Origin: Octopus sinensis
Lineage: Eukaryota
Assembly (NCBI RefSeq): GCF_006345805.1
Contig: NC_043004.1
Location: 73,656,001-73,720,000 of the forward strand
Direction: 5' to 3'
DNA length: 64,000 nucleotides
The notes beneath the pieces are model-generated. The model saw only the letters and a list, made by a program, of their open reading frames with translations, was not told the DNA's origin and did not search any database. Shown piece after piece: positions 54,051 through 64,000 of the stretch. A program made the position numbers and the translations under genes. Position 1 is the first letter of the stretch. Every line of letters starts with the position of its first letter.

Positions 54051-54462
54051 CTACTCTTTTACTCTTTTACTTGTTTCAGTCATTTGACTGTGGCCATGCT
54101 GGAGCACCGCCTTTAGTCGAGCAAGTCGACCCCAGAACTTATTCTTAGTAAGCCTAGTACTTATTCTATCAGTCTTTTTTACCGAACTGCTACAATACGT
54201 AAACACACCAGCATCGGTTGTCAAGCGATGTTGGGGAGACAAACACAGACACACAAACATATACACACACACACATATGTATACATATGCATATATACGA
54301 CGGGCTTCTTTCAGTTTCCGTCTACCAAATCTACTCACAAGGCTTTAGTTGGCCCGAGGCTATATTAGAAGACACTTGCCCAAGGTGCCACGCAGTGGGA
54401 CTGAACCCGGAACCATGTGGTTGGTAAGCAACCTGCTTATCATACAGCCACTCCTACGCCTA
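54051..54462 (-). mobile_element. SINE family A, full length
   Basis: Reverse-complement match to family A. Confidence 0.88.
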
Positions 54463-55418
54463 CTAGGTGATGATACTATATTATCATCTCACAACTATAT
54501 TATAAGAACCTAAAGTTATATTAGATTGCAAGTGATGGGGTATTGTATATGTATATATATATGTGTGTGTGTGTGCGCGCATACACACACACACACACAC
54601 AAGTACAGGACTTTAAAATAGGCACTTCGGTCGATTTGTTCGACTTAAGTTTAGTCGGACAGATCGACCGAAGTGCTTATTACTCTTCAAAGTTGTGCCC
54701 CAGCATGGTCACCGTTCAATGACAGAAAAAAGTAAAAGATAAAAAGTAAAACGACTGAAACACGCTTTAGACTCGTTTCACTGAACCTACAAATAAGTAT
54801 TTAAACGGGTGTCGGGTGGAACGGGGTTTCGGAATGAATGCGTGGGTGGTAAGAAGCGAACGGAATAGAAGTTTGTTTTTTTGTGTCTCGGGTGAGCGCG
54901 TGCCAGACTCGTGCTTGGTCACTGGCAGATGGGGACACCTGAAGAGCAATAACAATACCAAAGCCAACACCATAAGCATCACGACCACCAACAAGACCCC
55001 TAACGCCCTAACCCCTTTTCTTCACCTCCCATCTACTCACGCCGGGATTAAGCCGCAAGCTTCGCTGGGCCAATTACCTCTCTTTCTTTTCTTCACCCTT
55101 TTCTTTCGTCGTTTCCTCTCCCAGCCTTAATATTTTTCCCGCCCATTCTGTTTCATCAAATAGTTCTTTGATTAATCTTCTTTCTGGTCAGTTGTACTTT
55201 GTGTGAAGTGCGCAGGAGTGGTCAGTAATTTCTTTTGCATTGGTCATTGGGTCACTGGATTTCCTTTTTTCTTCTTTTCTCTTTTTCTTCTTTTCTCGCT
55301 GGCAGATGTTTATTAACACCTCCTTTGTCTTGTCACTTCCACCCCTCCTTTCTTTTTTTCTGAATTCTGGGCTTTGTTAGTGGAGATTGAAGAAACCGTT
55401 GGCAAATATAGAGGAGGT

Positions 55419-55449
<31 letters not shown>

Positions 55450-55769
55450 GCAGACAGACAGACAGACAGACAGAAAGTGACAACGGAAGGAAGGAAAGGT
55501 GTCTGTTATGTGGACAACTAGGATCAGACGTATTTGTAATTATCAACGCCAGATTAAATGTTACAAACGTAGCACTTACACGTATGTCCAGCCATTCTAA
55601 GCAAATTGTTCAAACGTATAATGTCATGCTAAGATTGGACATGGAAGCATATAAATAAACCAAACGAAAAATGAACTAAAACCACCAAATTACACCTCAG
55701 ACTGAACCTGGAACCATTTTGCTGGGAAGCATGTTTCTTACCACACAACCACGCTTGCGCCTATATGTT

Positions 55770-55975
55770 GGTTTCAAATTTTAGCACAGAAAGTTCGAGG
55801 GAAGGGTAAATCAAACACAGCGGTCCCAGTTCTCGACTGGTACTTATTTTATCGGCCCTGAGAGGATAAAAGGCAAAATGGAACTCGTCAGAATGTGAAC
55901 TTACGGCGTTAAGACAGACGAAATACCACTAAGCATTTTACCCTGCGTGGTAACGATTCTGCCAGCTCGCCGTCC
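55770..55975 (-). mobile_element. SINE family B, diverged
   Basis: Core and head similarity. Confidence 0.7.
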
Positions 55976-56284
55976 TATCGGTTCTGTATACGGGATGCGG
56001 TTACACACTGCTGGTCACAATGCACTTGCGTGCTTTGTTTGGCTTTTGAATGATGCCAGCCCGCTGGCTGGCCTATAGAGCGACATTCCCTCTAAACAGA
56101 ACACCAGTCCGTCGCAACGTTGTCCGTTTACACCTGAGTGGCCTGGAACAACATGAAATGGAATGTTTTGCTGAAGAAGATAATGTACAGCGCGTGTGAC
56201 ACCATAGCTATTAGGTCAAGCGCCTTCAAACACATACATATATACGCACCTTCACACACATATACACACACATATAGTAGTAGG

Positions 56285-56315
<31 letters not shown>

Positions 56316-56324
56316 TGCGTGTGT

Positions 56325-56466
56325 GTGCGTGTGGTAAGAAGCTTGCTTCCCAACAACATGGTTCTGGGTTCAGTCCCACTGTGTGGCACTTTTGGCAGGT
56401 GTTTTCTACTATAGTCAAAAGTCTTGTGAGTGGTCTTGGTAGACGGAAACTGAATGAAACCCGTCG

Positions 56467-56522
<56 letters not shown>

Positions 56523-56693
56523 TGTGTTTGTCCCTCACCATCGCTTGGTAACCGATGTCTGTGTGTTTATGTCCCCATAACCCTAGTCACGATAGAATAA
56601 GTACTAGGCTTACAAAGAATAAGTCCTGGGGTCGATCTCTTCGACTAAAGGTTGTGCTCCAACATGGCTGCAGTTAAATGACTGAAAAAATAA

Positions 56694-56697
<4 letters not shown>
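56325..56697 (+). mobile_element. SINE family A
   Basis: Similarity across head, body and tail. Confidence 0.8.
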
Positions 56698-56725
<28 letters not shown>

Positions 56726-56897
56726 TGTATGCGACGTGTTTCTCTCAATTTTCGTCTACCAAATTCATTGACAAATCTTTGTCGGCTTGAGAATATAGTA
56801 AAAAATACTCAGAAGATACTTGTCCAAGGTATCAAGCAGTGGGTCTGAACCAGGAACTATGTAGTTGGGAAGCAAGTTTCCTACCACAGAGACATGC

Positions 56898-56942
<45 letters not shown>

Positions 56943-57173
56943 CATAGAACAAACTTACTTAGTAATGGATGCGTGCATTGACCTTCGAAACGCCGAGTAG
57001 ATGAAACAGAGGCGACTGAAGAAGGGGAATTTTCCTTGTTTTGTATGTCCTGTACTCTATTTTTTCGTTAAGAAAAATGTCTTGGTTTTGTGTTTATGTT
57101 TTCGTTTCTCATTGTGTTCGACATTTTTTGGTGTCCTGAACCCATATATGCATGTATATATACATGTAGATGT

Positions 57174-57225
<52 letters not shown>

Positions 57226-57407
57226 TATATTTCGATCTCGAAATACGAGAGTAGAAAAACAGCCAACAACTGATGAAGAGTCGTTCTTTTGTTGTTTGTC
57301 TTGTTTTCCATTTGTGCTTTTCGTTGTTTGAAAAATAGTTCATATTCCATGTATTCGTACTTCGTATTTTTTGTTGTACTCGTTTCGTGACGTCCTGTGC
57401 CCACATA

Positions 57408-57444
<37 letters not shown>

Positions 57445-58015
57445 GTATAGATGCAAGTATGTATATATGCATATGTATAAGCTTATACACACATACGTGT
57501 GCGTATGTGTGTATACGAAAGAAAGAGCGAGAGAGAGAGAGAGCGAGGGAGAGAGAGACTCTGGTATTTAAAATATTGGATTTAGTGGAAGTCAGCTTGG
57601 CGAACATTCTTCTCCCTCGTGTATTACTATTAATTCCCACGCTAAGAAAACAGTTGTCACTTCACTTTTAAATAGTTGCTGTCTTTAAGCAGGGAGAGGT
57701 CCCTGTGCTTAGACATTTAGCTACCATTAGGACGTCTACAAAACAAATATAATGCTATAACTATGGAAAGAAACGAAACACCAAAATTCGGCTGTTGATC
57801 GGACGCTCCTCCTTTCAACTCTGTCTCATACGAAATCATATGTATGTAGATCTTCGGCGCAAGAGTGGTTGTGTGGTCGGGAAGCTCACTTTGTAAACGC
57901 GTGGTTCGGGGTTCAGTGCCACTGTGTGGCACTTTAGGCCAGTGTCTTTTAGAATAGTTTCTAACCAACCAATGCCTTGTGAATCAATTTGCTAAATGGA
58001 AACTGTGTGTAAATA

Positions 58016-58095
<80 letters not shown>

Positions 58096-58209
58096 GGAGA
58101 ATTCACAAAAAAAACCAAAAGACGAAGACAGGTGGTGTAGATTACAAACAGATGTGGCGTAATACAAACAAACAAATGTATTAGTATAACGCTCGGGAAG
58201 TGAAAAAGC

Positions 58210-58245
58210 CTTTAACGTTTCGAGCCTACGCTCTTCCACAGAAAG
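58210..58245 (-). ncRNA. Minimal hammerhead-like motif with variant core, in a PLE-like fragment (~58092-58275)
   Basis: CTTT-CTGTGGA-A-GAGC-GTAG-GCTC-GAAAC-GTT-AAAG; flanks are homologous to 21960-22160. Confidence 0.55.
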
Positions 58246-58984
58246 AAACAAGGAGAGAAAATAAAGAATGTTTAGTGGCTAAACCTATACATATGTACAC
58301 ATCTGTGTATGTGTGAGTGTATGTTTGCTTGTCTCCACCGTTTGACAGAGGGAGTCAGTTTGTTTACGCCCACGTAACTTAGCAGTCCAATGAAAATGAC
58401 GGATAGAATAAGTACCACATTTTTTTTTAAATATCTAATTAGGTCGATTTGTTCGACTAAAACCTTTGAAAGAGGCGCCCTAATATGGGCGCACTCCAAT
58501 TAGTGAAACAAGTATAAGATAAATATACATAAGCACATAGGCGCGCGCATGCTCATTCCTATGTGTGTGCACGAATGTGTGTTGATTCTCGTTTCTGTAT
58601 TTATTCTGTGAAATCTGAAAGAATCGACCAATATATAAACAACAAAAATGTCTGAAGTAGTTTTTGTCAATATTCAAATAGCTTTTTCCACCTCAATACG
58701 AGCAATGCTACACCCCCACATATACAGCTGTAGATAATGAAAACTAGATAATAAATATTCATAAAATTTAGGTAATAAACTTAAATTAAGTAATTAACTT
58801 CAATTTAAAACATATCTATCATTGCCTTACTACATAAAACCAATGGAAATATTTTCTTTTTTCTTTTTTTTGTTCATTGGAATTGCAAATTTGCGCGAAG
58901 AAACTCGACACAAGAACACATGGGAAAAAACGGAATATATTCTTATGATAATAATGAACTGGTTAAAAATAAGTCTATATATCT

Positions 58985-59387
58985 GTAGAGGTACAGGTGT
59001 CAATCCATTACGGCTGTTTTTAACGACCCCTTTAATTGATTAATTACATCATAATTGATTAATTACATCATAATTGGTTAATTACATCATTGTACAGAAA
59101 CCGTTTTCGTCAGATGAATTCATGAACTTCAAAATAAAGGACATTCTGAATGATTTAACATGGTTTAAGATCCATGGAGCAGAAACATTTACAGTGATTC
59201 TGCTACTATTTCAGTTGACAGAATTCTGCCAACTAAAATATGTTCAATCATACGGAATGTTCTTCATTTTGAAGTTCATGAATTCATCTGAGAAAAATGT
59301 GTTTCTCTTCAGGGATGTAATGTTTTCATTCATCAATTAAAGGAGTCGTTAGAAACGACCATAATGGATTCACTCCTATAGCTCTAC
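58985..59387. mobile_element. PLE-derived snap-back hairpin element with an HHR in each arm (both mutated)
   Basis: Long inverted repeat; arm consensus ATTCAT-CTGACGA-AAACGGTTTCT..GGGGTCGTTA-GAAAC-GGCC-GTA-ATGGAT. Confidence 0.75.
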
Positions 59388-59534
59388 TGTTACTCATATT
59401 TTTATTCACCCGTCTCGGAATCTGCTCTTCGCAAATATTATGGCCCGTAAATGTAGTATAATGTAATGCCAGGTGTGTGTTGTGGCTATCCTCTCCTAAA
59501 AAAATGAGGAATAGACCTGAGTATATATATATAT

Positions 59535-60070
59535 AAATAAACAACAAGGATATCCAGAGGTAATGCAGTACGATCGTTTCATGCAACTCCATTTAATTGG
59601 ACAATTCAATCATTACATCAATTTAAAATGCAGAGCAATCTTCAGCTGCATAAAGACATAGAATCTAATTAAATTAGAACAGATGGACACATTAGTATAA
59701 TTATACCTAAAGTGTCCAAGAAGGTAAGAAGATAGACAAAGAACATGCTGTTTTTAGTAACTTCTATGCTGGAGTAAGAACAGCATATTCTTTCTCCTTA
59801 ACTTCTTGGACACTTTAGGTATAATTATACTAATGTGTCCATCTGTTCTAATTTAATTAAATTCTATGTCTTAGTGCAGCTGAAGATTGCTCTGCATTTT
59901 AAATTGATGTAATGATTGAATTGTTCAATTTAATGGAGTTGCATGAAACGATCGCATTGCATTACCTCTGGATATCCTTGCTGCTTATTTTGATTTTGAT
60001 CACCTTACTTTGAATTTGTATGGATAATACCGTACTAAATTCTGGTGCCTCAACTTAAGTACCATATTTA
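59535..60070. mobile_element. PLE-derived snap-back hairpin element (arms ~220 bp, 59535-59990) plus tail, HHR in each arm
   Basis: Near-perfect inverted repeat. Minus-strand HHR at 59563-59651: ATGCAG-CTGAAGA..GAAAC-GATC-GTA-CTGCAT. The tail is homologous to 6236-6352. Confidence 0.85.
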
Positions 60071-60258
60071 TATAAATATATATATATATATATATACTTT
60101 ATTTAAAGCAGCAGAAAATTCAGTTGAATTTTCTGAAAGCATATTACTCTGCCACTGGTATTTGAGTACTCTTTTTTTCCATCTTGTTTCACATTTATGT
60201 GTTTACTCCGGTATATATATACATATATATATATACATATATATATATACATATATAT

Positions 60259-60336
<78 letters not shown>

Positions 60337-60426
60337 ATTTTATTCCGACCTAAAGAGGTTCCTCAGTTTAAGTACCTAATTCAACTGAATCTTACTTATA
60401 TATATGTGTGTGTGTTTGTGTGTGTG

Positions 60427-60478
<52 letters not shown>

Positions 60479-60725
60479 GTTTATATTCAGGCATAATTAA
60501 AACAATTTTACATTAATCTGATGGGTTATTCAATAATTTGTACAGTACAAATTTATTATTCTTAAACAAGAATACTATTGACAGTGACTTCGAAGTTCGG
60601 CTAGCTAAGCCAACGTTAGACTGCTGCACATATGTGCGCGCTTATTTATTTAGAGAGAGAAAGAGAGAGAGAGAGAAATATTATACGCGCTGTTAAGTGT
60701 GACATGCAACCAACGTTCAAAATAG

Positions 60726-63700
60726 ATTATTTTATTTTTATTTTTTATTTTATCTAGTTTCAGCTCACGAGCTGTGGCCATGCTGGGGCACCGCCATTTG
60801 TTGCTACTACGTAATTTTACTTCACGAATGCTTTTTAGCAATTGACATTTGGTGCATGAGAGAGTTCGATGCAGCTGCCCTCATCTGCACCTCCTGCCGT
60901 GAAGTTGGTTCATCTGGGACACCTGACAGGAAAAGATCCAGTTTTAATTTAAAGACATCTGCATCCACCCCATGCAGGTCTCTCAGGTTCTCCGGGAGGA
61001 TATTGAAGAGCTGTGGGCCTCTGAAGCCCAGGCTATCACAGTATCTTGTCCTACATCTTGATGCCAAATTTGGAGTCCTTGGCACTATGCAGTGGCGCCC
61101 AGTTCTAGCATTTGTGCAACTCTCGATGCCAAAGTTTGGGACAAGTTCCTCCAGGATCTTCCAGATGTATATTATGGCATATCTTTCTCGCCTACGCTCT
61201 AAGGAATAGAGTCTTAATCTCTTGAGTCTTTCCCAGTAGCTTATATGCTGCACAGAGGCTATCTTCTTCGTGTAGCTTCGTTGGATCGCCTCAAGTTCTG
61301 TGATTAACTTGACACTGGATGGTGACCATAACTGAGAGCAATAGTCAAAGTGGCTTAGGATAAGTGTCCTCCAGAGGACCATCATAGTTTCCTGGTCTCT
61401 TGTTCTAAAGGTTCTAAGAATCCATCCGGTCAGCCGCCTACATTTCATTGCCAATTTAGCAACATGCACATGAAAGGTTGCATCATCACTCATGTAAATA
61501 CCCAGGTCTCGCACTGATTGAGCCTCTGGGATTGCAATCCCTCCAGGTCCAGTGTATTTATCGGGTATTGCATTTAGTTTTGCATGCTGAAAGCATAAAG
61601 CTTGAAACTTTTCAGCATTGAACTGCATGCTATTCTTTTCAGCCCACTTGTATACTTTGTCCAGCTCACATTGCAGGTGCATAGTGTCTTCAGGGTTCTG
61701 GATTGCCTGTGAAACTTTTGAATCATCTGTATAACTTGTGATCGTGGCTCTCTGCGTGGCTGAGGGCATGTCTGAGAGGGCCATTATGAACAGTAGTGGT
61801 CCCAAAACAGTGCCTTGCGGAACACCGCTCACTATTTGCGTGTTATTGGAGGTGGCCCCATTGGCTACTACCACCTGACTTATATCCTTCAGAAAGTCAT
61901 GAAGCCATTCTCCCAATTTTCCAACTATGCCAAGATCACGCAGTCTGTGACATATCATTCCATGGTCGACTTTATCAAAGGCCTTTGCAAAGTCGAGATA
62001 TATATGACTTCCACATTTGAGTGGTTGAGCAGTCGTTTCAGCACCAGTCATAGTGTTGTAGGAGCTGAGTTAAGCAGCTTCTTCCTGGTCGGAAACCATG
62101 TTGAGTGTCAGGTAGCAAGTCATTTTCCTCAAGGAAGGTGATTAGTTTCCTTGCTGATGTGTGAGGTCAGAGAGATAGGTCTGTAGTTCTTGGCCTCCGC
62201 TCTGCTACCTCCTTTATGAATAGGGCATATTTTACCTTCCTTCAGTTTTCTTGGAAGTTTGCCAGTTGCAAGGAAGCTCTGAAAGAGGAACTGCAGTGGT
62301 CTTGCTAGGACTCGCTTACATACTTTTTGAAGGATTGCTGGGAATCCATCGGGGCCAGTAGCTAAATTTGTTTTCATTTCATCTATAGCCTTTATTACAT
62401 CGTCTTCCTTATATTGATGTAATCAATCATCGCTGCCTCTGATTTTATATCTGCAGTGGATTGCTGACTTGAAAATGCCCTAGGGGTGGAGTGAAAATAC
62501 TCTTGAATTGCTCATTTAGTATTTCACTTATCCTCATTGGATTTCCGTAGCTGTTTCTTTGGCATACCTGTAGAAAGCTCTGGGGTTAGATTTTATGTTG
62601 TCTATAGCCCAGGCTTCTTTGTCTGCTCTTTCTTTTCATGGGAGAGTTGCAGACATTTTTCAATTTCCAACAGTTTTATTTTCAGGCGGGACTTTTCACT
62701 GCTTTCAATTTGTTTGTTTAGGCGATTTGAAACTTTTGTACGCCGTCTCATTAGAATTTTCCTCTCTCTGGGGATTTCGTTCATGCGTACAGTGGCCTTT
62801 CTGGGACACATTTGTAGCATATGGCTTGCATTACAGACATGAATTGTTGAAGTTTCATGTCGATGTCTGGTGAGGAGAGACATTCAGGCCAGTTTTGTTT
62901 GAGGATCTCTTTCTCAATTTGTTTCCAGTTTGCTTTATGGAAGTTCAAGCTGGAAAGATTCTAAGAGTCTCTTGTAGGCTGCATGTCCGTGCTTTCCTTT
63001 GGCGCGTACATGGTCAGCTCTACCATGTTGTGATCCGAGAGTAGTGTCGGTGTCACTTTCACATTATGGATGAGATCCATATTATTTGTGAAGCAGAGAT
63101 CCTGTATGTTACCTGCCCTGGTTGGTTGGAGTATTACTTGCTCCATGTACAGAGTGTTGATGAGGTTCAGGAGGGACCTCGCCTGTCCTCGTTCACATCT
63201 TGTCATTCCTGGGAGAGAAAGGCCCTCGGGCCATCTGACATTCGGTAGATTGAAGTCTCCCATAAGAAGTACACTTATGTGTTGTTCTAATGTGACTAGA
63301 ACTTCTATTTTTATAAGGCAGTCTTCAAACTAGCCTACATGGCTTGGGGCATCTGGAGGGCGATATGTAGCACATATAACTACACCAAGTTGCCTTATAT
63401 GTACAATTAGTGTGTCACACACCGAATTTGAGCATGACAAAAGGACCTGGGGTGTGAGGCCCTCGCGGATGTACATAGCAACTCATCTATGACTCCTTTC
63501 TTTTCTGTCGGTCCGTAGTACAACATACTGTGGTATGTGTATTTCCGCATCTGCTATGTCCGGTTTCAGGTGTGTTTCCGTAAGTGCTATGCATAAGGCT
63601 TGATTACATGCAACAAAGTCTCTCAAGAACGGGATTTTTGTCCTGTTACTGAGTGTTAGCAGTCCTCTGATGTTCAGCAGGAGCATCGAGGTGATGTATA

Positions 63701-64000
63701 TGCTGTTGCTGGTGGTGTCCACCTTGGGTCTATTTGCTGTGGCGGTCTTGTGTATTGCGGATAGTCCCATCTGCGAGTTTGAGTTTGATGGAGCCAGGTT
63801 AGCTGCTGTACAATCTTTTGTGCCATGCACAAAAAGATTCTTGTTCAGCAGCTGCCCTTTCAATAACATGTTGGCGGTTTGTAGCACGCACCACATCTGC
63901 GTACCTCCGTTTTGGGGCAGGTCGTGCGTGGTCCATTCCTTTTCCTTTTGGTAGTTGGTTTCTGACCTGTTTCATGTTTATGTGGCAGGGTCTTTGATGT
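60726..64000 (-). mobile_element. CR1/Jockey-group LINE (APE endonuclease plus RT), frameshifted, continuing beyond the window
   Basis: EN motifs LLNIRGL, ALTETHL, MGDFNLP and LSDHNMV. RT motifs ATGPDG, NYRPISLTS, YLDFAKAFDKVDH, GVPQGTVLGPLLF, YTDD and VRDLG. A-rich tail at 60726-60752. Confidence 0.92.
60822..62051 (-). pseudogene. LINE ORF2 reverse transcriptase and C-terminal segment (409 aa open)
   Basis: Protein from the ORF track with RT motifs; disconnected from the EN region by deletions and frameshifts. Confidence 0.88.

Noticed and set aside
54067-54111. Hammerhead in the SINE-A tail (hairpin-GAAAC-AA-GTA)
   Set aside because: There is no CUGANGA core or stem I; it is better explained as a LINE-recognition stem-loop.

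Overview
Eukaryotic, AT-rich, repeat-dominated sequence. The SINE families, TA/CA/TACA microsatellites and TE mix suggest an octopus (coleoid cephalopod) genome; this is an inference. No intact host gene is visible, and most ORF-track entries are microsatellite artefacts. Identifiable elements: (1) a young 5'-truncated Naiad-type Penelope-like retroelement (PLE, ~6.2-12.3 kb) with a ~2.1 kb inverted pseudo-LTR and a hammerhead ribozyme (HHR) in each arm; (2) at least six further PLE-derived short or snap-back elements carrying HHR motifs of two architectures; (3) a Neptune-type PLE endonuclease fragment split by a LINE; (4) a TSD-delimited Buster-type hAT with nested SINEs and a decayed mariner; (5) several MITEs and a Helentron-like element; (6) a CR1-group LINE plus Tx1-like and Dong/R4-like LINE fragments; (7) three tRNA-SINE families with modular tails, two of which match LINE 3' ends present in this window. 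The strongest signals are the HHR-bearing hairpin elements and the LINE-SINE tail pairings.
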